Shown piece after piece: positions 1-9,605 of a stretch of DNA of 64,000 nt. The translations under genes and the position numbers were made by a program. The stretch is from an uncultured delta proteobacterium (lineage in GTDB: Bacteria > Desulfobacterota > Binatia > UBA9968): contig CAVSLC010000002.1 of the NCBI GenBank assembly GCA_963728565.1, positions 64,001 to 128,000 on the forward strand. Reading direction: 5' to 3'. The notes under the pieces are model-generated. The model saw only the letters and a program-made list of their open reading frames with translations. It was not told the DNA's origin and searched no databases. Numbering within the stretch: the stretch's first letter is position 1; each line of letters begins with the position of its first letter.

Positions 1-728
1 GGCAGCTGAAAAGCCGCGCCGCCGGCAATCCATCCAACCGGCATTTCCCAAAGCGCTTCGAATGCCGGGCCCGCGGGCGAGTTGGTCAATAGGAGCGCTG
101 CAATGATCATGGTTAGCAGCAGCAAACCAGTGGATGGCGCCCATCGAGCGAAATCGAGCGCCGCCGTCTGCACCCGGTGACCGAGGGAGCCAAGCAGGGC
201 TTCCGTCAGCGCGCTCTCGTCCCAGGGCCCTTCATAGCGGCGATTGTTGATGAAAAACGTCGGCGACACCCGCGCGCCGCTGCGCCAGACGCTGTCGATG
301 TCCTCCTGGACCCTAGCCTGCGCGCGGCGCCACGACTCTCGATGTGGGCCATCGGTGGGCGGAAGGCCGAGCTCAGCTGTCACTTCATCAAAATCTTCGG
401 GCCGAAGCGTCGGCCCACGCTTCATCAGCGCGGCGTGCGCCGGCCAGTACTCGCCGGTGGTCTCATAGGCATATTGCGCCAGCTCGGCGGCGCGCCGCGC
501 CGTCGCGTCGCCGCTAATCGGTCGATGGCGGAAGACGTAGCGCAGCCGGTCGCCGAAGCGATCACGCAAATCGGCAATGATTTCGTCGGCCGCGCGGCAA
601 GACGGGCAGTTATAGCTGCCGTATTCGACGAGCGTAATGGGGGCGCTGGGGTCGCCTAGAGTGTGATCGGGACGGCCATTTACGGGGGGATCGAGTCTGT
701 TGTTGCGAGACTCGCTGGCGGCGCTCAT
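1..728 (-). CDS. nhaA: DsbA/thioredoxin-like domain fused N-terminally to an NhaA-type Na+/H+ antiporter (5' part only, runs off the window edge)
   Basis: Manual translation from the minus-strand ATG at 728 is open to position 1: MSAASESRNNRLDPPVNGRPDHTLGDPSAPITLVEYGSYNCPSC...YVFRHRP...SPTFFINNRRYEGPWD (DsbA-type CxxC fold), then GLLLLTMIIAALLLTNSPAGPAFEALWEMP (NhaA TM1-like). Absent from the ORF track because there is no stop in the window. Confidence 0.8.
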   Translation of the reverse strand, partial: MSAASESRNNRLDPPVNGRPDHTLGDPSAPITLVEYGSYNCPSCRAADEIIADLRDRFGDRLRYVFRHRPISGDATARRAAELAQYAYETTGEYWPAHAALMKRGPTLRPEDFDEVTAELGLPPTDGPHRESWRRAQARVQEDIDSVWRSGARVSPTFFINNRRYEGPWDESALTEALLGSLGHRVQTAALDFARWAPSTGLLLLTMIIAALLLTNSPAGPAFEALWEMPVGWIAGGAAFQL

Positions 729-1067
729 GGTTGTACGATTCCATCAGTCGCTAGTGCTTGGCCAGTGTGTTTTTCTGTCTTCGATAGTCTGTTCGGAGCC
801 GTCGTCTCATCTTGTGCAGGCATCCACATATCGAAATCATAGTAGCCGTTAAAAGTCTAATATCTTTGGTCGGTATCTGATTACACGGATAGAAATAGCG
901 GATACCGTGAATGATATAATTTATGGAGCGCCCGATTGCGGGGCTAGTTGCCCCGTTTTGTCCGACAATCGATGCAACTCGTGACATTCGGTATGAGCCT
1001 GCTTACTTCCGCCGGCCGTTTCTGTGTATGCTAACTAAGACTTTGAAGCAGGAACAGGAGATCCATC

Positions 1068-1496
1068 ATGCCATTCAAGCGAATATTGGTTGCCGTCGAT
1101 TTCTCGGCCAACTCACTCGAGGCGTTTCGCGTCGCCGCTGACATGGCTTCTGTCCATTCGGCGTCCTTGCATCTGCTTCATGTGATTGAAGCCTGGCCGG
1201 CGGCGCCGGGGGAAGCGGCCGTGGAGTTCGTTCAAAAGGCGAACGCAGCGATTGAACAGCTAGTCGCGTCCTCGCAGTCCGCTCTCGAAAAGGTGACACT
1301 CACTAGCGAGGTTGCCAGCGGGCGCGCCTTCGATGAGATCGTCAATCGCGCGCGTGATTGGCGCGCCGATCTCATCGTGTTGGGAACCAAAGGAACTACC
1401 TCGCTGGAACAAATCTTTCTAGGCGGCACCGCCGAGCACGTTATCAAGGAAGCGCCTTGTTCGGCTTTAATCGTGCGACCGGAAGGTAGAGCGTAG
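1068..1496 (+). CDS. Universal stress protein (UspA family)
   Basis: FKRILVAVDFS...ADLIVLGTKG...FLGGTAEHVIKEAPCSALIVR; AGGAG RBS upstream. Confidence 0.92.
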   Translation: MPFKRILVAVDFSANSLEAFRVAADMASVHSASLHLLHVIEAWPAAPGEAAVEFVQKANAAIEQLVASSQSALEKVTLTSEVASGRAFDEIVNRARDWRADLIVLGTKGTTSLEQIFLGGTAEHVIKEAPCSALIVRPEGRA

Positions 1497-1620
1497 ACCA
1501 GACAGATACGGCTGCTGTCGTGTCAACGCTCATGGGAAATATATTTGATTGGTCCGATCGCTTCCTCGCGCTGTGGCTTCAAGCGGCGCATGAAACGAAT
1601 TCGAAGCAAGAGGTAATCCA

Positions 1621-2217
1621 CTGGCAATCCACAATATCAATAGAGACAACCAGCAGGTCTTTCTCATCCGGCATGGCGAAACCGAGTGGAGCCTCACCGG
1701 GCAGCACACCGGAATCACCGATCTTCCGCTGACCGAAAATGGCCGGATACTGGCCAAGCGGCTGGAGCCATTTTTGGTCAAGCAGAGGTTTGTCATGGTC
1801 CTAACCAGCCCGCTTAAGCGCGCCAGGGAGACCTGTGAACTTAGCGGGCTGGGGGCTGCCGCGGAGATCGACAACGATCTGATCGAGTGGAATTACGGCG
1901 AATACGAAGGATTGACCTCGCGTGAGATTCGCCAAAAGGTCCCAGGCTGGTTGCTCTTTGAGCACGGCTCCCCGGGCGGCGAGACACCTGAGCAGGTGGG
2001 TGACCGTGCTGATCGCATCATCGCCAGAGCGCGTCGCCAGCAAGGAAACGTTGCGCTCTTCGCCCACGGGCACTTGCTGCGGGTGGTTGCGGCGCGCTGG
2101 TTGGGATTCGCGGCGGGTGTCGGCCGTCATTTTCTTCTTGATACCGGGACTCTGAGCATTCTCAGTTATTATCAAGGGATCCCGGCGATCAAGGAATGGA
2201 ATCGCGCGGTCGAATAG
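1621..2217 (+). CDS. Histidine phosphatase (phosphoglycerate mutase-like) family protein
   Basis: Frame is open from an in-frame TGA at 1591. The catalytic FLIRHGETEWS...HTG.TDLPLT lies upstream of the track start (1774), followed by SPLKRA.ET, EWNYGEYEG and FAHGH. The likely start is CTG 1621 after GAGGT. Confidence 0.85.
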   Translation: MAIHNINRDNQQVFLIRHGETEWSLTGQHTGITDLPLTENGRILAKRLEPFLVKQRFVMVLTSPLKRARETCELSGLGAAAEIDNDLIEWNYGEYEGLTSREIRQKVPGWLLFEHGSPGGETPEQVGDRADRIIARARRQQGNVALFAHGHLLRVVAARWLGFAAGVGRHFLLDTGTLSILSYYQGIPAIKEWNRAVE

Positions 2218-2358
2218 TCGAAGCTGTGCGCTGTCCGGCCGTTTTCGAGGACGATGTTGCAATTCAATTTAGATAAGTTGTGCCACTGATGCGCGGCGCG
2301 ACACTCGCAATGCGCTTTCGTTCGATGAAGCCGCATGTTATTTAGCCCAGGAAGGAAC

Positions 2359-2745
2359 ATGGGCACGACAGTTTTTCGAACATCGATTAAAGATATCGTC
2401 GACTTCCAGTTAGTTGAAGATAGCATCAATCGTTTATCCTGGCGCGACTTCGGCAATGGCCTGTCAATGGCGCGATTGGCGAAGGAAGGCAAACGGGAAC
2501 TGGTGCTTTATCGAATCGCCAACGATGCCGCTCCGGACGCTTTCGTCAAGCATGAGCATCTGGGCGGAGAGTTTTATCTCGTGTTGAAGGGTAGGATCGA
2601 GGATGAAACCGGCCGATTTGAGAAAGGCGATGTCGTGTACCTGGACGCTCATTCGGTTCACACGCCGCGCGCTATCGGTGATACTCTAGTTTTGGTGTTG
2701 TGGCCCGAAGGTGTGCGACTCATGACTGAAGAGAAGGCGCAGTGA
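2359..2745 (+). CDS. Cupin domain protein (ChrR-like cupin)
   Basis: HEHLGGEFYLVLKG...HSVHTP cupin metal motifs; AGGAAGG RBS. Confidence 0.75.
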   Translation: MGTTVFRTSIKDIVDFQLVEDSINRLSWRDFGNGLSMARLAKEGKRELVLYRIANDAAPDAFVKHEHLGGEFYLVLKGRIEDETGRFEKGDVVYLDAHSVHTPRAIGDTLVLVLWPEGVRLMTEEKAQ

Positions 2746-2764
2746 ATTTGCGGTGGGAGGTAAA

Positions 2765-3654
2765 ATGAAAACTCTAGGCTTTATCGGAACCGGCGGCATG
2801 GGCAGTGGTATGGCTGCCAATCTGATCAAGGCAGGACACCGTTTGGTGATTCATGATTTACGCCGAGAGCAATGTAGCAGCTTGGAGAGCCAGGGAGCGG
2901 TGTTTAAGAGTCACCCAGCGCGGTTGCCGAATCCTGCGACATCGTTATGTCTATGCTGCCATACAACGAAGCGGTGCAGGCGGTTGGTCTAGGCAGCGGC
3001 GGTCTGCATCAGGCAGTCGGGGGGGCCAAGCTCTGGATCGACTTCAGCAGCATCGACAAAAAAACCATTGTTGATGTCGCTAATCAGCTGGCCCAAAAGG
3101 GTTGGACGATTCTCGATGGCTCGGCGGGCGGCGTCGAAGAAGCGGCGGCCGCAGGAACTCTCTCGTTGTGGATTTCCGGTTCTAAAGAGTTGTTTGACGA
3201 ACATCAGCCGGTATTTAACGCCATGGGTAACAAAGTCATCTACGTCGGCGATCTCGGCAATGCCAAACTGGTGAAAAATGCCATGGCCATGTTTGCCGCA
3301 GTGCAGCACTTGAGTCTGGTGGAAATTGCCGCCTGGCTAAAAAAGGGGGGACTTTCCGAAGAAACTTTTCGCACCGTGCTCAAAAATTCGCAGCAAAACT
3401 CCGTCGCTATCGATCGCATTTGCGAGATCGTTGTCAACCGAAAATTCAAACCGCGCAAATCCTGGATGCCCAAAGACGTCGGATTCGGATTGGACATGGC
3501 GCGTCAGATGGAAGTCCCCATGCCATTTGTTGCCTTGGCCTATCAGATGTTTTCAATTGCTCAAGCTACGGGAACGGATGGCTACGAAGCCACTGGAATC
3601 GCCTGCAACGTCTACGATCTTATCACCGGGAGGAAGTCTGAATTAGAGTCATAG
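2765..3654 (+). CDS. NAD(P)-dependent beta-hydroxyacid dehydrogenase (3-hydroxyisobutyrate/6PGD family); 1-nt deletion near 2907
   Basis: LGFIGTGGMGSGMAANL Rossmann motif in one frame; ESCDIVMSMLP...AAAGTLSLWISG...AKLVKN...KDVGFG in the adjacent frame. Confidence 0.8.
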
Positions 3655-3839
3655 AACCGCGGCATTTCACCGAGTATTTCAGGCAGTGGGTCTCTCGCTA
3701 GTCGAGCCCGAGCTGGCGCCCCGGCGCGCACCGCAATCTCAGGTTCTGGAGCATTGTTCTGGAACACTGATCGAGCATTCTTCAAGGTAGCTGCGGCTTG
3801 ATGCGAGTCTAACGGGAGCGCAGCCGTCAGGAGGTCTTC

Positions 3840-4326
3840 ATGTATTTGCGCACGCTGATGATATTGGCGGTCTTGGGCCTGATAGCGGTTTTTTCGGCGC
3901 TAAATTGGAGCGCTTTTATAGCGCCGACGGCGCTTTCTCTAGGATTTACATCAGTTGAAGCGCCTCTTGGATTGATTTTATTGGCGATCGTAGCGATGTC
4001 TAACTCTTCTCTTTCTCGTGTACATCACCTATTTGCAATCAACCGTTCTCTTCGAGACACGCCGCCATGCACGCGAACTGCAGTCGCAGCGTGACTTGGC
4101 CGAGCAAGCCGAAACCTCCCGTTTCAATCAACTGCGAACCTCAATGGAGACTGAGCTAGAGAAGTTGGCCGGTGAGATGGAGCAATCAAAATCTCTGATG
4201 TTAACCAGATTGGATCAGCTCGAGCGCGACCTGCGAGGAGCTTTAGAACACACCGGAAATAGCTTGGCGGCTTACATTGGAGAACTTGAGGACAGGTTCG
4301 ACAGTTCTGCAGGTAAATCGACATAG
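3840..4326 (+). CDS. LapA-like two-TM membrane protein with coiled-coil tail; 1-nt insertion near 3998
   Basis: ...ALNWSAF...LSLGF...APLGLILL joins LTLLFLVYITYLQS...RELQSQRDLAEQAE after removing one base. Confidence 0.6.
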
Positions 4327-4398
4327 ATTAAGCGCTGCTTTTGGACGATCCGGCGCATTGACCTAACTTGCCGGCGCTCCGGTTAGTTAGGGTTGACG

Positions 4399-4471
4399 TT
4401 GACTTGAAACCCGATAAACCGTTATAAATGATCGTTATAACGGTGTTTTTCAACCGCTTTCCTCGTATAAT
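4399..4471 (+). promoter_or_regulatory. Putative sigma70 promoter elements and palindromic operator upstream of argS
   Basis: TTGACT (4399) with TATAAA at 4423; perfect inverted repeat ACCGTTATAA-N7-TTATAACGGT (4418-4444); TATAAT at 4466. Confidence 0.45.
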
Positions 4472-4542
4472 CGAGCCGTACTAACTCATCATCTGCGGCG
4501 TGTCACCGCCTGAGCGGAAGAAAATCAATCCATAAGCCACCC

Positions 4543-6231
4543 ATGCGAAATCACCTTGCGGGTTTGTTGACCAGAGCCATCGAGAAGACATCGAAGGCGG
4601 GAGATCTGAGCTTGACAGAAATCCCCCCTTTGGTTTTTGAGCTGCCAAAACAGCGGGAGTTTGGCGATTTGGCGACCAACATTGCGATGCACTGGGCAAG
4701 GAAAGCGAAGAAACCGCCGAGACTCATTGCCGACGCTATCGTCAAGAATATCGAAGACCCGGAAGGAATTCTTCAGCGCATCGACATTGCCGGCCCGGGT
4801 TTTTTAAACTTTACCTTTTCGAAGAAATTTTATTACCAGCGTTTGCGCGATCTCGTGGCTGGTAAGGATGCACAGCTGGATCTTGGACATGGGAAGAAGG
4901 TTCAGATCGAATTTGCCAGCGTGAACCCGACGGGCCCCTTACATGTGGGTCATGGAAGAGTCGCGGTGATCGGCGATGTGCTGGCTCGGTTGCATGAAGC
5001 CACCGGCTTCAATGTCGAGCGGGAGTATTACGTCAACGACGCCGGCAATCAAATGGAGAATCTCGGGCTGTCCGTGTATGCGCGATATCGCGAACTATTT
5101 GGCGATACATTGGAACTTCCCGAAGGCGGTTACCCTGGAGAGTATGTCAAAGACATTGCCGCGGAAATCAAGAATCAACACGGCGATAAGTTTCTCAGCC
5201 GGAGCCGAGAAGCTGCAGTAGAATTGTTTCGCCGCTATGGCGGCGATTCTCTGCTCCATACGATCCGGCAGCAGTTGAGCGCTTTTGATATTCGCTTCGA
5301 CTCTTTCTTCAGTGAAAAAGCCATGCGAGAGCGAGGCGAGATCGAGGAGTCAATCAGGTTGTTGCGCGAGCGGGGCTTGGTTTACTCCAACGATGGCGCT
5401 GAATGGTTTCAGTCCACCGCTTTTGGCGACGATAAGGACCGGACGGTGATCAAGAGCGATGGCGAGCTCACCTATTTTGCCGCGGATATCGCCTACCACC
5501 GCAATAAGCTCGAACGCGGCTTTGGCAAACTCATCAACGTCTGGGGCGCCGACCACCATGGCTATGTGCCGCGGCTGAAGGCGTCTTTGCGCGGACTAGG
5601 TTACGATGCCAGCATCTTGCGCGTTGTTCTCGTGCAAATGGTTCAACTCACCAGAGCCGGCGAACCCATTCGCATGGGTAAACGCACCGGAGAATTCGTC
5701 GCTCTGCAGGAGGTTCTGGACGAAGTAGGACGAGATGCGGCGCGCTTCTTCTTTCTAATGCGCAAGGCCGATAGCCACCTCGATTTCGACTTGGACCTCG
5801 CCAAGCAGCAGTCGAGCGAGAATCCGGTATTTTATGTACAGTACGCTCATGCCCGCGTCGCGAGTATTTTCGAGCAGGCGCACAGGAGCGGAATAGTCTG
5901 GAATCCGGCAGATCTTGGGACAATCGCGGTGGAGCCGCTGCAGCTGGCTGAGGAGATCGAGCTCATCCGCCGAATGGCTCAATTTAACGATGTTCTGGAA
6001 GAGAGCGTCCGAGAGCTCGAACCGCACCGCATGGTTTTTTTTCTGTTGGATTTAGCTGGAGAATTCCATCGCTACTACAATCGGACCCGCATCCTCTCCG
6101 AAGATCGGGAGTTGACCCGGGCGCGCATGTTGTTGGCGCACATGGTCCAATTGACCATTCGCCGCGGCCTGACCTTGCTGGGCATCGATGCTCCGATGAA
6201 GATGAATGCGCGATCTGGCCTCGAACGGTGA
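4543..6231 (+). CDS. argS: Arginine--tRNA ligase
   Basis: EFASVNPTGPLHVGHGR (HIGH), EYYVNDAG, WGADHHGY, NPVFYVQYAHAR. Confidence 0.97.
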   Translation: MRNHLAGLLTRAIEKTSKAGDLSLTEIPPLVFELPKQREFGDLATNIAMHWARKAKKPPRLIADAIVKNIEDPEGILQRIDIAGPGFLNFTFSKKFYYQRLRDLVAGKDAQLDLGHGKKVQIEFASVNPTGPLHVGHGRVAVIGDVLARLHEATGFNVEREYYVNDAGNQMENLGLSVYARYRELFGDTLELPEGGYPGEYVKDIAAEIKNQHGDKFLSRSREAAVELFRRYGGDSLLHTIRQQLSAFDIRFDSFFSEKAMRERGEIEESIRLLRERGLVYSNDGAEWFQSTAFGDDKDRTVIKSDGELTYFAADIAYHRNKLERGFGKLINVWGADHHGYVPRLKASLRGLGYDASILRVVLVQMVQLTRAGEPIRMGKRTGEFVALQEVLDEVGRDAARFFFLMRKADSHLDFDLDLAKQQSSENPVFYVQYAHARVASIFEQAHRSGIVWNPADLGTIAVEPLQLAEEIELIRRMAQFNDVLEESVRELEPHRMVFFLLDLAGEFHRYYNRTRILSEDRELTRARMLLAHMVQLTIRRGLTLLGIDAPMKMNARSGLER

Positions 6232-6265
6232 CGATCGCCACCTTAACACTAAAGGAACGGCATCT

Positions 6266-6956
6266 ATGGCAGAGAATCGCAAGGGAAAGGATAAACGCTT
6301 CTATTTCAGTCGCGGCCAGTTCCTCCTGTTGGGTTGCGGCTTTAGCGTTGCTTCCATGATCGTTTTCCTCCTGGGAATGTTGGTGGGACAGGGGATGGAA
6401 GAACGGAAAATTGTCAAACCGGCCGAGCCGGCGATGAGAGTTCCCGTCAGGCCGGCGCAAGGGGCCAACTCAGGGACTGCTTGCTTCGAAGGAGGAAATT
6501 ACTTTCTATGACACTTTGACTAGGCCGGCTCCGGCGCAAGCCCGGTCCGAAGAAGAAACGCGAGAAGCCAAAAAAGCCGAGAAAAACTCTAAAGCTGATT
6601 CCAGAGAAATTAGATTGTCGGCCAAGCAAGAGGTGGCATCAGTGGCCAAACGGGCTGAGGACAAGCCCGCGCCGGCCGCCAGCAAACCTCGGCCTGCTGA
6701 AGCTGATGCGAAGGAATCTCGCAAGCCCTGGACTGTTCAAGTCAACGCATTTCCGGATGAAAAGTCCGCCAAAACCTGGGTTGATAGGCTCAGGGACAAA
6801 GGCTACAACGCCTACTTATCTGAGTCACGCAGTCAGGGAAGAGTCTGGTATCGAGTTCGAGTGGGCCGTTTTGAGTCACGTGACGAGGCCGAGAAAACAC
6901 AAGAGGCTTTGAAAAGAAAGGAACACTTGGCCAAAGCGTTTGCCACGAGCAGATGA
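6266..6956 (+). CDS. SPOR-domain cell-division protein (FtsN-like); 1-nt insertion near 6480
   Basis: N-terminal TM, ITFYDTL motif, C-terminal WTVQVNAF...WYRVRVGRF SPOR domain; conserved position after argS. Confidence 0.8.
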
Positions 6957-7104
6957 CTAACAGGCTGCTGAAAAACTCATATGCTTCGTTGCGACCAATC
7001 GACTCGCGTACTGAATAAGACGCCTCTGCTCGTCGATTTTTCGCGCGCCTTGTCTTGAGGCTTTTTTGAACAGCCTGTATCAGAGTTATTCAGCAATTTG
7101 CTAG
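6957..7104. mobile_element. MITE/REP-like non-autonomous element with terminal inverted repeats
   Basis: CTAACAGGCTGCTGAAAAACTC (6957-6978) pairs with GAGTTATTCAGCAATTTGCTAG (7083-7104) at 17/22 positions; inner IR copy TTTTTTGAACAGCCTGT at 7062-7078; no ORF inside. Confidence 0.6.
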
Positions 7105-7118
7105 AGATTCAGGCGATT

Positions 7119-8135
7119 ATGAATATCCGAGAAGCGATCGAGAGAGTGGTCAAGCGCAATGACCTTTCTGAAGAGGAAACCGTCCATGTCATAAATCAGA
7201 TTATGACAGGTGAGGCGACACCTTTGCAGGTGGCATCCTTTCTCACCGCGCTCCGTATGAAAGGGGAGACCGTAGAAGAAATTACCGGCGCGGCGCGCGT
7301 GATGCGCGAAAAGGCCCAACGTGTTCAAGTCGGTTCTAAAGTGGTGTTGGATACCTGTGGCACTGGCGGTGATCAAAAAGGCACTTTCAATATATCGACA
7401 GCCTCGGCCTTTGTCGCGGCGGGAGCTGGGGTCGATGTTGCCAAACATGGCAACCGTTCGGTGTCGAGCCACTCGGGAAGCGCCGATGTGCTCGCCGAAT
7501 TGGGGGTTAAAGTCGATGCTCCCAAAGAATGCGTTGAAAGCTGTATCCAAAAGATCGGCATTGGATTCTTGTTCGCCCCGTTGCTCCATGAAGCGATGAA
7601 ATATGCCGTGCAACCGCGCCGCGATATCGGTATACGAACGATCTTTAATTTGCTCGGGCCGCTCACCAACCCGGCGATGGCAAACCACCAATTGATCGGC
7701 GTTTACGACGGTGAGCTGGTTTCGGTGATCGCCCACGTGTTAAAAAATCTGGGCAGCGCGCGCGCTATGGTGGTTCACGGCATGGAGGGGTTGGATGAGA
7801 TATCGCTGTGCGGTCCGACAAAAATTGCCGAGTTGCGCCACGGCGAAGTCAAAGAGTATACGCTCGAACCGGAGAAGCTAAATTTTAAGATCTATCCTCT
7901 GGAGGCTCTCCAGGCCGGCAGCGCCGCCGAGAGCGCCGCGATAATCAAGCGCATTTTCCAAGGTGAGAAGGGTCCGGCGCGGGATGTGGTGCTACTCAAC
8001 AGTGGCGCAGCATTGTACGTCAGCGGGAAAGCCGAGAGTTTCGAACACGGCATCCGGGTTGCGGCAGATTCCATCGATTCGGGAAAAGCGCGGCAAAAGC
8101 TCGAACACTTGGCGCAACTGACCAACGCCGCATAA
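7119..8135 (+). CDS. trpD: Anthranilate phosphoribosyltransferase
   Basis: DTCGTGGD, FNIST, KHGNRSVSS.SGSADVL, RTIFNLLGPLTNP. Confidence 0.96.
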   Translation: MNIREAIERVVKRNDLSEEETVHVINQIMTGEATPLQVASFLTALRMKGETVEEITGAARVMREKAQRVQVGSKVVLDTCGTGGDQKGTFNISTASAFVAAGAGVDVAKHGNRSVSSHSGSADVLAELGVKVDAPKECVESCIQKIGIGFLFAPLLHEAMKYAVQPRRDIGIRTIFNLLGPLTNPAMANHQLIGVYDGELVSVIAHVLKNLGSARAMVVHGMEGLDEISLCGPTKIAELRHGEVKEYTLEPEKLNFKIYPLEALQAGSAAESAAIIKRIFQGEKGPARDVVLLNSGAALYVSGKAESFEHGIRVAADSIDSGKARQKLEHLAQLTNAA

Positions 8136-8140
8136 GGCTT

Positions 8141-8920
8141 ATGGCTGACTTCCTCGCCAACATTGTCGAGCATGTGCGCGCTGTAGTTGAAATTCGGCAA
8201 AGGCAGAATCCGCTGGCGGCGTTGCATGATCGGCCATTGTATCATCAACCGACCAGGGGCTTTGCCCGGAGCCTGAATGGCCGTGCCCGGCGCATCATCG
8301 CAGAGATTAAACGATCCTCACCCTCGAAAGGTTTGATTCGGGCCGATTTCAGTCCGGTGGGTATTGCCAGAGATTATGCCGATCATGGCGCCAGCGCGAT
8401 TTCGGTGCTCACCGAGGAGCATTTTTTTCAGGGTAGTTTGACATACCTGGAAGAGATTAAAGCCGCGGTTAAGGTGCCCCTTTTGCGAAAAGATTTCATC
8501 ATCGACCGCTACCAGGTGACCGAGGCACGAAGTTATGGCGCCGACGCAGTCTTGCTGATTGCCGCGTTGCTGGAGCCATCACTTCTGCGCGAACTGCGGG
8601 AAACAGCGGCTGCTTTATCGCTCGACAGCCTGGTCGAAGTTCACAATGAGGAGGAGTTGGAGCAAGCGCTGCAGGCGGACGCGGAGATAATCGGCATCAA
8701 CAACCGCGATCTCAGGACCTTTGAAGTCAGCTTGGCAACTACGGAGAAGCTGGCATCGCGAGTTCCCGCCGGTACTCTGACTGTTTGTGAGAGCGGTATC
8801 GACGGCGCTGAACAAATCAGGCAAGTTGAACGGTGGGGCATCCATACCTTTCTGATCGGCGAATCTCTCATGCGCGCTCCCAGTCCGGGTGAGAAGCTTC
8901 AAGAGTTGCTGCGATCCTAG
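8141..8920 (+). CDS. trpC: Indole-3-glycerol phosphate synthase
   Basis: IIAEIKRSSPSKG, ISVLTE, LRKDFII, IGINNRDL, ESGI. Confidence 0.96.
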   Translation: MADFLANIVEHVRAVVEIRQRQNPLAALHDRPLYHQPTRGFARSLNGRARRIIAEIKRSSPSKGLIRADFSPVGIARDYADHGASAISVLTEEHFFQGSLTYLEEIKAAVKVPLLRKDFIIDRYQVTEARSYGADAVLLIAALLEPSLLRELRETAAALSLDSLVEVHNEEELEQALQADAEIIGINNRDLRTFEVSLATTEKLASRVPAGTLTVCESGIDGAEQIRQVERWGIHTFLIGESLMRAPSPGEKLQELLRS

Positions 8921-8975
8921 ATTCGTAAGAAGGCAGCCCGCAATCTGCTATTTGTTATGAGATCGGCCATCATCA

Positions 8976-9605
8976 ATGGTTAAGGTAAAAGTCTGCGGTA
9001 TTACAAATCTGGCGGATGCCGAGAAGGCGTTGGAATATGGCGCCGACGCGCTGGGTTTTAATTTCTATCCGCCAAGCCCGCGCTATCTTGCCCCGGATGA
9101 GGCTCGCGCCATCGTGCGCCAATTGCCGGCGAGGTCATGTACTATCGCATTGTTCGTCAACGAGGCCAAAGAGCGGATCAGGCAAATTTTAGCTGCCGCC
9201 GCGCTGCCTGAGGGGCAAGTTGGGTATCAAGGTGTCCAATTCCACGGCGAAGAGAGCCCCGATGATTGCCGTGGCTGGGGCATCCAAGTGATCAAGGCTT
9301 TTCGGCTCAAAGATAAACATTCTTTGGAGATGATTCACGGCTTCCCTGCGGATTACTACCTTCTCGACTCATGGTCGGCCGGATACGGCGGCTCCGGCAC
9401 GTCCTTTCCGTGGGAATGGTTGGAAGGATTCGATACTGGAAAAATTATTCTGTCGGGCGGGCTAACTCTCGACAACGTCGCCGACGCTATTCGGCGGCTT
9501 CACCCCTACGCGGTTGACGTGTGCAGCGGCGTAGAGGTTCGGCCCGGTGTTAAGGATCATGAAAAAATCAAACACTTCATCCGCGCAGCTAAAGAAGCTG
9601 CCTGA
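8976..9605 (+). CDS. trpF: Phosphoribosylanthranilate isomerase
   Basis: [37 protein letters not shown]. Confidence 0.95.
   Translation: MVKVKVCGITNLADAEKALEYGADALGFNFYPPSPRYLAPDEARAIVRQLPARSCTIALFVNEAKERIRQILAAAALPEGQVGYQGVQFHGEESPDDCRGWGIQVIKAFRLKDKHSLEMIHGFPADYYLLDSWSAGYGGSGTSFPWEWLEGFDTGKIILSGGLTLDNVADAIRRLHPYAVDVCSGVEVRPGVKDHEKIKHFIRAAKEAA

Noticed and set aside
177-659. 160-aa + strand ORF
   Set aside because: Antisense shadow of the minus-strand DsbA-NhaA gene; no recognisable motifs.
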